Program-made: the position numbers and the translations under genes
Shown: piece by piece, positions 26,688 through 40,417 of the stretch
How positions within the stretch are numbered: the stretch's first letter is position 1
Layout: each line of letters begins with the position of its first letter
Assembly: GCF_001194135.2 (NCBI RefSeq)
Contig: NC_068990.1
Location: 38,119,318-38,183,317 of the forward strand
DNA from: Octopus bimaculoides
Lineage: Eukaryota
Reading direction: 5' to 3'
Length of the DNA stretch: 64,000 bases
The notes under the pieces: model-generated
Databases searched by the model: none
Seen by the model: only the letters and a program-made list of their open reading frames with translations
Told to the model about the DNA's origin: nothing

Positions 26688-26880
26688 ACAACCTTGCCCT
26701 CGTCATCATTTTCATCATCATCATTTTCGTCATCTTCATCATCATCGCCATCATCCTCTTCGTCATCGTCATCATTATCGTTGTGACCATCATCGTCATT
26801 GTCATCATCATCATCATCATCATCATCCTCATAATCATCAGCAGCAGCAGTAGCAGCAGCAGCAGTGGCAGCAGCAGCAT
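26650..26880. repeat. Imperfect (CAT)n then (CAG)n array
   Basis: Read directly; source of the poly-His/Met/Ser pseudo-ORFs. Confidence 0.9.
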
Positions 26881-27112
26881 ATTAAAAAAAAACATGTCTA
26901 TCAACTCAAACAAGTTTTAATATTTTCTTGGCATATTTTATAGTACGTTGCCTCATTTCAGATTTTTTATGTGATCGCGTATTTGTAAATTCATACATAC
27001 ATATAACATATGTGTCTGTGTACTTGTGCGTCCTTGTATGTAAGTATATGTCTATATGCGTATGAATATTGAATGTGTGAATGTCCATATATATAAATAT
27101 ATTCTTTTTAAA

Positions 27113-27181
<69 letters not shown>

Positions 27182-27746
27182 CATAATATGTCTGTGTTTA
27201 TGTGTGTAAATTTATATATGTATATGTATATAGATATTAATTATATATTTTCGATTTCATTTCTTCATCAGTTTTATTTACCTGCAAGTATATTTTTTAT
27301 GGCCATTTATTTTCTTCGTGATATTTTTTCTTTCGCATATTTTTTCAATAAAAAAAGATTGGATTTTGCTTATAAAATCATAAATCGATAAAAAGAAAAA
27401 AAACATCCCATCAAATTTAATCTTGTTTAATTCTACTTTTTATACCATTTTGTTTTTCATGGAGAATTTCTCTGTGAAATAGCTTGTTTTACTTGTTTTG
27501 GGTTGAGGATCATGATAGTGACGCTTCTGTTCTTGCTAGATTTTTGAGATTTTTTCATGGTCAGGTAATATTGTGGCAGTCATTGGAATTGCGTATTGTA
27601 TATATTATATTGCTTTGTTTTGCTAGTGTTTTCATTTTCTTTGTTCTTTTTTCTTTCAAAATTTACCGTAAAATCAAATCCTGCATCATGTAGATAAGCC
27701 CTGCTGATTTCATACAAATGAAGTTGAATTTATGCAGACACACACA

Positions 27747-27785
<39 letters not shown>

Positions 27786-29442
27786 GCACAAATATACATG
27801 TATCAATAGGTAAACTATTGCTTACGAATGATATATGATATATGAATGATATATATTGTAAGCGAACGCATTCGTTATTATACATATACACGAACATACA
27901 AAGCTGTCCCAGTGCTCACAAAATGTAAAATTATAAAGTAGATTGTCAATACACACACACACTTGTACATATACACACACTCTTATACATATACGCACAC
28001 ACCCAAGTATGTAAAATCAGTAGGAATATGCATCTCTGTATGGTTATGTATATATGTGCATGCATGAAAATACTTCATGATTTTCAGAATACCGATGTGT
28101 TTCACAACAGATATTCAATTTACCAATATTTTTACGAACCTTTTTATTTTTGTTCTTTTTCAGAAATTGAATCAATATTTTTCAGGATGATTCTGTAATA
28201 TCCACTATTTCATGAGATGATATATTGACCATTGTGTCATATTCTCATGACGCAATAACATTTCACATCATTGGTTGTGTTATTGTTAGCAACCTTTCAA
28301 TGCATGGCAAACATTTGTCACACGATGTAATCTTGATACAGATTAACTTATTTCGTTTTCAAATAGTATTATATAAAATTTGTTTTTTTTTTGTTTATAA
28401 TTAGGAGTATGAAAACCTTTCTCAGGTATTATGTTTTGACCTATATTTTTACCATATCAGATTTTTTAATACCTATTATTCGCTTCTAGTTAACGTTTCT
28501 CTTCCTCCCCTACATGGAAATTGCATCCCATAATAATTCATCAAGTATGTAGAATGCATGACAAAGTATACAAAACCGTACACCTTTACATATACTGGAG
28601 TCCTCAGCTAAGGAATGCCGGGACTCCACCTATGAGCCTAAACCAACTTATATATATAGCACTTCAACCCCAGCAAAAACACATTATGCCACAGAAAAAC
28701 TGAATTCTATATGTTTTAGAGCCTAGGCATTGTAGAAAAAGGGTAACGTCACACATCTGAGACTAGCATGCCTCTGAATTTACCAAAAGCCTGTTCATGG
28801 TGTTATAGGGGGTTATAGATTTAGTCTACCATTTATATTTATACATGCATTTTCATTGTATGCATTTGTGCCATGGAAATTACTTTCAATTTCTGCCTAG
28901 CTATCTTAGAATTCAATTATGGTTGCAATTTCTTAAAGATAGTTTATCTTTTGTACTTTAAAGAATGTATAAAATTCTTGTTTTCCTTTTAGTGTGATAT
29001 TTTTGATGGTTAATTTACTGCTCTTCCTATAATTATGTTACAATGTCCATTTATTGGTAGATGGGAATTAATATAATAAAGTATTTTCTTTTCAAGATTC
29101 TCTCAGATTATTTAATAGATTTATCGAATAAACTATCTCCCTTTTAAATAAGGATACTACAATCTATAGTACCAAAGATGTTATATGATTTAAAATCACA
29201 AGATCTAAATGTTTCTGGAAACGTTAACTTCGAATGATTCTCAGTCAGTCCAAGGAGATTTTAGAACTGGACTAAGTAGCTGAATTTAAAAACGTTTACT
29301 CCACATCTAAACATCAACCATATTGATGATTCGACACATCGAATTGAAAAGAGATTGAAAAATTGGATATTATGTCTTGCGAAGTTTTTTCCAGCTCTCC
29401 TCACTCAGTTAAACTACTACTACAGTCAGTATTTCCATTCAC

Positions 29443-29525
29443 CTTTCTTGTTTCCAGTGTCAATAAAGGAAATGTCAGTCCAGTATAGAAGTTTATTCTA
29501 CCTTCTCTTTCTTTCTGGATTGCAC
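29443..29525 (-). other. Candidate 83-nt internal exon
   Basis: ttgcag| ... AAG|gtgaat boundaries; one open frame (AIQKEREGRINFYTGLTFPLLTLETRK). No protein family recognised. Confidence 0.2.
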
Positions 29526-29972
29526 CTGCAATTCAAAGGTCCAATCTTACCGTGTTATTTAGATTTGGCCAGAGAATAAAATTATGTATATACGTGTCTA
29601 GAATTCTCAGCTACTTATACGTTAATTTCACTAGCTAATTTCACCAGTCGATCGAACCATTGGTGATTCCCACAATTCCACTGAGTATACATGATGTAGT
29701 TTATCTTGAGTTAGAAAAGGAAATCCTTGTGTAGTGTATCTAGAATATATCAGAACCTGGATTAAATACCGAATTCAATTTCTATCCTATAAAACTCAAA
29801 GCAATCAGACAACTTCTATGAGGTTGCTCAACTGCAAAAATTGGAACTTTGACGTCTTAATGTACACATTAAACACAATTTCTAAAATATGCACAATTTC
29901 TTGAAATATGACATGATGGTTATAGCCAGAAACCTACGACACAAAGATCAGAGATCAAAGATTTTGCAATAG

Positions 29973-30203
29973 TGTAGCTTGCCAGTGAAGCTAGATTGAC
30001 TGATAACACTATAAGTTTGTCTTGTAAAAAGCTTCTTAATCTGCATAATTTAACATCAGCCAAACATTTCCTTGAATATTTCTTACCATCATCTTCAATA
30101 TGGAGTTACATATTTCTAAGTCATTTGAGTTCTTCAGATCCAAATCCTCGCCGTAAGAAAATTTTTCTAACATTACAATACAAAAAAGAAATAAAAGAAC
30201 ATC
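29973..30203 (-). other. Duplicated unit, copy A, containing candidate 80-nt exon 30087-30166
   Basis: Homologous to 31950-32167. Minus strand shows a pyrimidine tract + ttag| ... atg|gtaaga; open frame KFSYGEDLDLKNSNDLEICNSILKMM. Confidence 0.45.
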
Positions 30204-30544
30204 ATTTCATTTTCGAGAACATTTGTGGCTGCACTCTGGTGCCAGAGATATAAGCAAATTGTAATAAGGATTAACTAATTGATAAGAGAGATCACATTCT
30301 GTCAGCTAGAGAATTGTGATAAAGTGGAAGTCATCGAAAGAACATTGACAAACGGCTAGCACTGGAAAAATTATATTTTATTGAGTGACTCTTAATCAGA
30401 ATATTACTTGCAGCAACTTCGAGTCAATATGCATTTTGTTTTATGTTTTGTTTACAGATAAGACATGTAGATGAAGGAATTAGAAGTCGTTATATTAATA
30501 ATTTTTGCAAAGATATTAGCAAATATTTCTGTTTGAAACGCACA

Positions 30545-30780
30545 TTTAAAAACACTAATGCTTGTATCCTGCAGTCCACAGTAACACGTAAATATTGTTT
30601 CTCTCTGTGAACGTTCAGTAAAACATAAATAATGCTTGTAGACGTATGTCTATTACACTAAGACATAAATGATGTTTGAATCAATGAATCACATAATCTA
30701 TAGTAACACATAAATGGTGTCTGTATTATGATGTTTGTATCATATGTTTGTATCTATGAGTCAGCAGTAAAATATAATAC
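30545..30780. repeat. Degenerate minisatellite, about 37-45 bp units
   Basis: About 5 recurrences of cagtaacacataaat followed by (a)tgtttgtatc variants. Confidence 0.55.
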
Positions 30781-31949
30781 TAGGGAATGAACTAACAGCG
30801 AAGTATTTACACAGTCATCAGATCTACTGCAATTAGAAGCCAAGATTTATCGAATAAAACATTGGATGCCATATGTTTGAAAATAAAAATAATGATGGCC
30901 ACAATTTAAACGATTTGCATTTCTACTGGATCGCAGCTGTCCAGGGACTAAACATCAAATCAAACAAGAACACAACTATCACCACTCCCGGCACAAACAC
31001 CACCACTATCAACACAACAACAATCAAAAACAACTACTACTACTACCATGACGACGACGATGACCACCACCACCACCACTACCACCACCACCACCACTAC
31101 TACTACTACTANNNNNNNNNNNNNNNNNNNNNNNNNNNNNNNNNNNNNNNNNNNNNNNNNNNNNNNNNNNNNNNNNNNNNNNNNNNNNNNNNNNNNNNNN
31201 NNNNNNNNNNNNNNNNNNNNNNNNNNNNNNNNNNNNNNNNNNNNNNNNNNNNNNNNNNNNNNNNNNNNNNNNNNNNNNNNNNNNNNNNNNNNNNNNNNNN
31301 NNNNNNNNNNNNNNNNNNNNNNNNNNNNNNNNNNNNNNNNNNNNNNNNNNNNNNNNNNNNNNNNNNNNNNNNNNNNNNNNNNACCCCACTACTACTACTA
31401 CTACTACCGTCCCCAAAACAAGAGCTCTAAGTTGTCGCAAGACCTGAGACTAGCAAACGCATCTTGAAATGGGGGGAACATTTCATTAATTAGTCTCAGA
31501 TCTACTATGTATGAAACGAAAAAAACTGGATGTTCATAGCTAAGGCTTGAATGCATTCGATAGTAAATTTGCTGAATCAGGGTCATTCTGAGCTAAAGGA
31601 CAACTGCATCAACAGCTACTAAAAATTAGACCCACTGCATTAGCAGGCAAGATATCTATTTCCCCTGAGATAAGAGGTCAATTTATAATCTGGTTTCTGT
31701 TCTCCAAACCCCCATTGATATGGAAGATAGAATTAAGAAATCTTCGAAATATTGGGACTTTTCAACTTCATATGAAATACACATCATTACCTCTGGTTCC
31801 TTACATACAGCAACACCACCAAAATTCATTTCTTTCTGCTAAATTTTCACTCTTTTATTTCTGCATTTATTCCCACCAAGTAAGGCATATTTCAATTGAT
31901 TGTCGGACTCCCAATCATTCAGTCATTGCTTACATCCTCAGTTAGACAC

Positions 31950-32167
31950 TGTAGCTTACCAGTGAAGGTAGACTGACTGATATCACTATAAGTTTCTTAA
32001 TCTGCATAATTTAACAGCAGCCAAACTTTTCTTTGAATATTTCTTACCATCTTCAATATGGAGTTACATATTTCTAAGTCATTTGAGTTCTTCAGATCCA
32101 AATCCTCGCCGTAAGAAATCTATTTGTCTAACATTAGAATAGAAAGAATAAATAGAAGAACTACATC
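31950..32167 (-). other. Duplicated unit, copy B, containing candidate exon 32048-32119 or 32048-32127
   Basis: Core identical to copy A except for a 3-nt indel; same donor (atg|gtaaga) and two possible AG acceptors. Confidence 0.45.
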
Positions 32168-32630
32168 CTCTGTAACTACTGAAGTCTCGCCTACGTGAAC
32201 AGGAGTATAATGATTGACCGATATATCAAAAAGAAAACCAACGCTCCATTCAAAGAACTTGTTTTTCTTGATGCGTTTTCTTATTTACTTTTTCTCCTAC
32301 ACAAATATTATCGTGATTATATTCAAGGATACACGCGTTATAAAATTTCGTGGGTCAGCTTGCCATCAACCCCAACCCCCAGGCAAATGGAAGTTGTAGT
32401 GGTTGGATTTTGTCCTCACTTTAATCAAGGATGTTTCGCAGCTACTTCTTACAGGACATGGGTTCACTTTAAATCCACTATCGTTGTTTCATGGTGCATC
32501 TGTTGTCTTTTTTAGTTATTAGCTATCTGTCTCCCTAATTGAGATGCATGAGAAAAGCCCTACGCCTTCCATATTTTTAAGGATATACATACATATATAC
32601 ATATATGTATATACATACATACACACACAC

Positions 32631-32704
<74 letters not shown>

Positions 32705-32706
<2 letters not shown>

Positions 32707-32765
32707 TCTTTTACTCTTTTGCCTGTTTCAGTCATTTTGACTGCGGCCATGCTGGAGCACCGCCA
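32705..32765 (-). mobile_element. SINE 3' end
   Basis: tactcttttactctttt...tttcagtcattttgactgcggccatgctggagcaccgcc. Confidence 0.85.
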
Positions 32766-33192
32766 TTATATATACATACAAACACACATACATATACATA
32801 TACATAAATATATANNNNNNNNNNNNNNNNNNNNNNNNNNNNNNNNNNNNNNNNNNNNNNNNNNNNNNNNNNNNNNNNNNNNNNNNNNNNNNNNNNNNNN
32901 NNNNNNNNNNNNNNNNNNNNNNNNNNNNNNNNNNNNNNNNNNNNNNNNNNNNNNNNNNNNNNNNNNNNNNNNNNNNNNNNNNNNNNNNNNNNNNNNNNNN
33001 NNNNNNNNNNNNNNNNNNNNNNNNNNNNNNNNNNNNNNNNNNNNNNNNNNNNNNNNNNNNNNNNNNNNNNNATATATATATATATATATATATATACAAA
33101 CATATATATACATACAGATACATATACAGACCCATGCATACATGCATACATACTTACATAAATATACATATATACGTGTGTATATATGCACA

Positions 33193-34433
33193 CACATACA
33201 TAACAGAAGTAAATAGACCGCCCATAAAATATTGCTTTCTCTTTATTTTAACTTGAAGACGATTATATTTTTTATTAACGGACATTTTTATGTTTCAAGT
33301 TCTATATGTGACTGTTTAATGATGCCACTTACAGAAGAAACCTTGGAATTGTCCAAGTTTCAAAGAGGCCGTATTTTGGGTCAATCTGATGGTGGACTTG
33401 GGATCCCGCTTTCCACAGTTAATAGCGTGATTGTGCAATTCACAAGAGAGGAAAAAGATGAGTCCACATCACCTTGTCCAGGTCGACCAGGTCCCTCTGA
33501 AAGGACCATTTGCTTTGTTAAGTGAAGTGGAGGATAGTCTTCATGGCAAAGCATCTGACATAGCAGAACAAGTTGATGTCAGTCCAAGATCAGCTGTCAT
33601 GTATCTCCTCAAACTTGGCTACTAAGGCAGAACAACAAAAAGAAACCCACTTCTTCAAACCACTCAATATAAAGTGGAGCAAATATTGGGCCAGTGAGAT
33701 GATGGAGTGGCTGCTAACAGCTTGCGACACTATCATTTTCTCTAATGAGTCCAGATTACCTATATTTTCTCACATTGGTCGAGTGTGGGTCTGGAGACTC
33801 TGTGATCAAGAAATTAAAAAGAAAAGATTGCACCTCAGCTTTTCTGTGATAGTCTGAGGTGCAATTTGGAGCAACGGTGGATCAGAGCTGGTGGAGTGTA
33901 ATGGAAACATAAACTCAGATAAATATGTATCCATATTGCAGAAAGGACTCCATCCAATATTCTCCAAAGGTCAAATGATAAAAAAAAAACTGATTATTTA
34001 TGGAAAACTGATTATTTATAACTGTTATAACTCCTTATAACTGTCAAACAGCTAAAAAGACCCAAGATTTGTTGGTTGTGAATGACATTAAAAAGCTTCC
34101 ATGGCCAAGCAAATCATCAGATATAAATGCTATTGAAAACGTCTGGGGCATAACGGACAAAACACGTCGTAGAAAGAACAAGACAACATTCTCTAATCCG
34201 GATCATTTGAGATTACTGCATGAAACTTGGCAAGAAATTCCTCAAGCAAATATTCGTCATCTGATCCGTAGCGTGCCTTATAGGATGCTTTTATTGAAAA
34301 ATGCAAAGGACGTATCTACTAAATATTAGATATTCACATAATAATAATTGATAAATAGTTTGAAAGTATAATTTCAGATTTAAATACATTTTAATGATGA
34401 TAAGGGTGTCTATTTACTACTGTCATGTCTGTG
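33193..34433 (+). mobile_element. Near full-length defective Tc1-family transposon with ~30 bp imperfect TIRs
   Basis: Left cacatacataacagaagtaaatagacc versus right reverse-complement cacagacatgacagtagtaaatagacac (3' TA). Translation gives [47 protein letters not shown] and STKY*; several stops and frameshifts. Confidence 0.9.
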
Positions 34434-34576
34434 TATACGCATACATACTTAAATACATACACACACACGCACGCGCGCGCGCACACACACATATATAAAT
34501 ATACATATACATGCATGCATACATACATGCATACATAGATACATAGATAGATAGATAGATACTTGCATATATACAT

Positions 34577-34659
<83 letters not shown>

Positions 34660-34699
34660 CATATATGTATATATGCATGCATATGTGTATATATATATG

Positions 34700-34770
<71 letters not shown>

Positions 34771-36847
34771 CTACATTATCCCTGTCTATTTCTCTTATTA
34801 ACAAACACGGCAGAGTATGTTTTGAGAAGATTCCTTAGTTATTTCAAGATGATCAAATGGCTACATACAACCGCCCTCGTTGTCACGTGTCCTGTATTTC
34901 TGTGTATAGAGATAATGCTGAAATACATTTAAACATTTTGTATCAGTTGACAGCAAATTATCATCAACATTTAATACCATTAAGACATTTTATTTCACCA
35001 TTAATTCAGACATTATATATCTGTATTCTTACTATTTCGTTGTGGTTTTACAATTACTAAAAACTCGTTATGAAGCAAAGAAAAAAGAGAAAAATATGAA
35101 TAAATGACTTCATAGACATTTCTAAACATCTATGAAAACAAAAGCAAGAAAATATAATACTGAAATATATTAAAAGTAAAAAGAAATAATCAAGTAAAAC
35201 AAGTGAAAAAGCTGAAGAGAACTTAATTCTTTAAGAATATAATTAGATATTTTAAAAGCCATTCTGGTCATTTCCATTTTAAATGATGTGTCCCAGTGTC
35301 AGAATATTGGCAAACCAATTAAAGAAAAGCATAAATAACAGCTCAAGGGAGTTTCATTGTTCTTACTGTTTGAAAGTTATGGTTTTTCATTATATACATA
35401 CATACACATGCACACCCACATACTCGCACACACGCATACACACTTATATACATACATAAATATGCTAAACACATAGAAATATATACTCGTATATAGTATC
35501 GTCTTGTTATTATTTTAGCATTCATTTAATTTAGTGTCACTTATATGGAAATGTCACTTTTCTCAATCTTTCTCTGTTTCATTCTTAAACTTACTATCAT
35601 GTATACATATAAACGCTCACGTATATATACACGCATGCATATACAGCCACTCTCTCTCTCTCTCTCTCTCTCGCTATCTTTTCCTCTTTGTCTCCTTGCA
35701 TCTTTGAGTCCACCGTTTTTATTTTACATTGCTCTCTCTGGGTCGTACATACTCTCTCTCTCTAAACTTCTTTCTCTCGCTCCGTTTCTCTCTCTCTTCG
35801 TCTCCCTCTCCACTTCTTTCTCACTTTTTCGCTTTCTTACTTTCTATTTATATTATGGTTTTTCAGTTGTATTTAATTTCTTTTTTCTCTCCATTTCTCT
35901 CCATGTCTCAGTTGGTCTGTCTGTGTCTCCTCCTTACTTTTCATCACTCGCCCGCTTTTCTCTTTCTCTTACATTAAAACCTCGGTTGAAGAAACTTCAT
36001 TTGTTTCTCGATATATTACTTTTTAAATATGTTTCCTCTTATTCCTCTGTCTTAATGCTTTTTTTGTTTTTAAGTACGATTTTCAATACTGAAACCAACA
36101 AGTAACATTATTGGCATTGTTCAATTCCACTAGGAATTCAAGAGAAAATACGAAAATAAATTAAACTTTAAAAAATACGCTAAAACAGCGACAAAAAGCA
36201 AAACATTACAATAGAAATAAATGAAAAATAATCTTTGAAGTTCTTTGACGAAATATTTTTCAATATATTTAAAGACTTTGTACTTGGCAATATTGAATAT
36301 AGGAATCTAGTAAACTAGTTTTAACATAGAACATGATTATCATTATTATAATTAATCTTACTCAAGTTTTATCATTGTCATATCAAAAATAAAAAAACAA
36401 CAACAATTATTATTTTGTATTTATTCTTATTGCTATTATCAATATTAGTATTAAAATTATTATTACACTTATTATTATTAGTATTATCATTAATGTTCTG
36501 TGTTGGTATTAGTATTATTAATTTATGTTATGGCCCATTTCTTTCTTCCTGTCTCACATATATTACCATTTTATTTTCGTCGATGTCAATTCGAATTTGA
36601 GTTTTAGATAATTTCTTTGAAACTAATTTTTTAATTTTTTTTTATTTATTTTTATGACATGTTCATTTTTGTCATTACAATTATTATTATTATTTCAAAA
36701 TTAATGTCTCTGAATATTTTTAACATTTCACTTTGATGATATTTATTACTTATAAAAATCCGTTCATTCATAAATACATATAATACATCTATTCATTTAT
36801 CTTAATACACATATACATGAAAAAGGTGAGGATATATGTCTATAAAC

Positions 36848-36898
<51 letters not shown>

Positions 36899-37905
36899 CA
36901 TGTATATATGTATGTACATAAACCCTCATGGATATGCATAAATATATTCATACAATAGTTAGTGATAATATTTCAACAAAATACTTCCACCATTCTTTCC
37001 CTTTCAGTTGCCCATTTCCTTAATTTTTTTTTTGTTCTACGCACGAAAATAATCATTTATTTTTAAACACGATATAATAATAGTTTTAAACTGAAATATT
37101 GCTGCAGAAGAAGCCGCAAAATATAGATATTAATTCATTTCTCTTAATCTGTGTTTTACCAATTGGGAATATTGGACCTACAGCAGTGGAGATATATAAT
37201 TGCTTTGGTGTCCCTTAGATGTGCATTTCCTAGGAACCATTTGCCGGTTAATTATTACTTCTTTATAATCTGCTGATAAAGAGAAAGAATGAGAGAGTGT
37301 GTGTAAAAGAGAGAAGAGGAATGAGAGAAAGAGAGAGAAATGGCAAGAGACTAATGTACGAAAGTTGAAGGTAGCGGAAGAGTATAAAAGTGAGAGGTAG
37401 TGGAGGGAGGCAAATGATAGAGCTACATGTAAATTTGATACTCGATCAAATCACAGGTTTCTTGATGTGTTTTTACTAAAAATGAATAACAAAAATACGA
37501 AATGACTCCTTCAAATGATTCAATATACCCACTTATAATAACATACCTGATGGCGTCACATTTGATTACTAAAATACCTACGTAATCTCATTAAATCTTA
37601 ATTCACTCTACTTCTTAGTCGAAATCTGGTCTTTTTCTCAGTTCTTTCTACTGGTTACATTGGAAAGAGAACAGGAATCGTCATACAATAGTCTTGTATA
37701 ATACGGTCTATACAGAGGCGATTCTAAGTGGAATATGAGTACAGAACATCGTCTAACTTTAATAATGTACATATCTATGCTACAGTTAATAAGCTAAAAT
37801 GTCGAAGAAGTATCTGTACAATACCTTAATGCTGGTGTTGATGGCTGTCCTGTAGATTTAGAGGGAAATACCTCTCTAAGTGTATCTTTGACAGAAGTGA
37901 ATATA

Positions 37906-38121
37906 CGAGTGGGTGCTAAAAAGTTCCTGGCTTTGAATAACAGAAAATACGGGAGGATCCGTCAATTATGATTATATTCAACATACTCAGCACTCATGTT
38001 CATACTTATTGCAGCGGTCTTTCAGCTTTTGCTAAGCTTTGTAAAACAAATCGGAAGGTTGGGCTTCTAACCAGACCTTTCACAATGCCCTTAGAGCCAG
38101 GAAATTTTCAGCACCCATTCG
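37906..38121. mobile_element. Mariner-type MITE, 27 bp TIRs, TA TSD
   Basis: ta|cgagtgggtgctaaaaagttcctggct ... agccaggaaattttcagcacccattcg|ta. Confidence 0.9.
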
Positions 38122-39809
38122 TATACCACAGAGATGAATACTGTTATTTGCATTAGCGTAGGCCATTACACTATTGTCCCAGCCCTTCCGTATGAGAGAG
38201 AAAGACGTGGAAGATTTGACAGTGAACTCTTATCAAAAGGAAGAAACGGGGGTAAGTGGTTGTGGGTATGTGAAAAGGAAGAGAAAATCCCCAAATGTAG
38301 AGAACGACTGTTAAGGAGGAAGTGTAATAAAGGGATAGACAGTCAATTACATAGATTTAACTGATTCGAATAGCGCATTATGATATATGATAATATGAAA
38401 GAGTTTTGTAATAACGATGTCAGCAGAGGTTAATTACGTCAGAAAAAAAAAACATTAAAGAATAGGCCTTCGTTCTCACATAATATTTGAGTGATTCATA
38501 GCAGCATAAATCACATGGTAGTACAATTCCCATATACGGTGTTCCAGAATCGATTATAGACACGGAAATGTTGTAAAGAACACCTTAAGCTTCCAGGTGG
38601 TAGAGATAAGTGACCAGAAAAGGAGATAGTTTATTGCTAGTATTGGAGAAAGAGATAAAATGTGCTAGGAATCGGTACTTAAAATCGATCGTTGACCCAA
38701 TGTAAATCCTAGTGCAGTGAGCATGTATTGTGGTAGCAATACAATGGACCTTCCAGAGAAATTAATAGGAGGTCTACGCTTGTCATTCTTAGGTCATGCT
38801 ACCCGCAGTGCACATCTGTCACGTGTAGATCGATATAGGTATCACTATTATTAGTCTTATCATTAATACTATCAACTACGCCATTGTCATTATAAGCATT
38901 ATAGTTTTTTTTATTAAAGCCGCTTGGATAGCTGACAATATTATAGTTGTGGTCATAATTATTGCTACGATTATAGGCATTCATGTGAAATTCACAACTA
39001 TTAGTATTATATTATTATACTTAACATAAACGTGAATGCTGTTTGTTACGTTATCCGAGAGAAAAGCGATATCGGTAGAGGGTCATGTGACCATGTTTGT
39101 TACTGTGGTCCCCGACTATAATCATTGCTTTCGCAGCTTGTAGTAGCCTGATTAGGATAATTCACATTATAATCAGCTTTATTAATTGTACTGGTATCTG
39201 TTTTATTGTCGTTGCTTTAATGGAGTACCCATTATGTGTGCAACTGCTGTCAGTATTATTATTATACTCACTACTGTAACTATTAGTATTGTTATAAACA
39301 GTACCAGTGTTATTAATGTTATTAATATATTTCACATTTTCCGTTGTACTTTTATATTCATTTTTGGCTAAATTGGTGTTGCTGTTCCCATAACTATTTT
39401 AGTGATCCATATTATTTATTGGATTGTTACTGAGGTTATTGTTTCGCTTATAAAAGATATTAATGCTATTGGTTATTGATATGAGAGCAGTTATGAGTAA
39501 CCTCATTATTGTTATAAATATACTGGATGTCGTAACGGGAACTATCAGCCTTAGTTGTAGAGATTTCAACTTTCGTTTTTTTTATGCAGAAATTTCAAAT
39601 CGGTGGTTAGGTGGGGTGGAATAAGAGAGTTTGATTGTATTCATATTGAGGTAGGAAGTTTCATGTGAGAACGTCAAGGAAGAGTTTAGCTGGAGCTTTA
39701 TGTTGCGAACCATAGAACTTCATACCTCATATTTTTCACATGCTCTCTGTTACATATTGAGAGAGATTTATTTAGAATGATAAAAATGTGCGCTTCCTAG
39801 ACACGAGCT

Positions 39810-40175
39810 TTATCTCATAGTAGAAACACAATGTTTACAGGAAGTGGTGACTTGTTTAGTGTTATTCAGTGGCATAGATGGGTTTAAGTTTAGTATTATT
39901 GTTATGAAGGTTAACATATCTAATCTGATTTTAGTCCTGTGCTGGGAAAGGTAGTTGATTTTCCCCGAGAAGCCACTAGTAAACAGAGTCTGGTTCAGGT
40001 AGGGGGTATGATTAGTGAAAGTGTCCTCGTTAGCAGAGAGGTTGGAGATCTTAATTGAAATACCATTGGCAACACAAGTTAAAACAGACACCGGGTGATT
40101 GCATTTAACGTTAATGTATTTTAGGGATTCATTAGGTTTGTGGTAGGTGTAGAATAAACCAAAGTCGAGTACATA
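39810..40175 (-). mobile_element. Penelope-like RT C-terminal fragment, Naiad/Chlamys-like
   Basis: The ORF reads YHKPNESLKYINVKCNHPVSVL...ISIKISNLSANEDTFTNHTPYLNQTLFTSGF, matching the Y.KPN....Y....SNHP......I..R.S..S.NE..F....Y..AL..SG pattern. Confidence 0.75.
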
Positions 40176-40341
40176 CATACATATAATATCAATGTTCTTG
40201 TTATAATAAAAATAATTTTACATTAAACTCAAGGATTACTCAATACATTTGTTTGAGTACACATTTATTATTCTTATTGTTTAAGAATAATAGAATCCAC
40301 AGTAACTTAAAAGTTTGGGCCAAATAAGTCATCATCGGGCA

Positions 40342-40417
<76 letters not shown>

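Noticed and set aside
28584-28629. 46-nt minus-strand candidate exon (VESRHSLAEDSSICK) with a ggagtcc/ggactcc hairpin
   Set aside because: The donor gtgtac is poor and the in-phase link to 29443 could be chance.
37640-37905. Cadherin-like words LEREQESSY and DGCPVDLEGNTSLSVSLTEVN, tempting given the octopus protocadherin expansion
   Set aside because: The spacing between the motifs fits neither one nor two cadherin repeats, stops intervene, and DXNDN is absent; probably chance.
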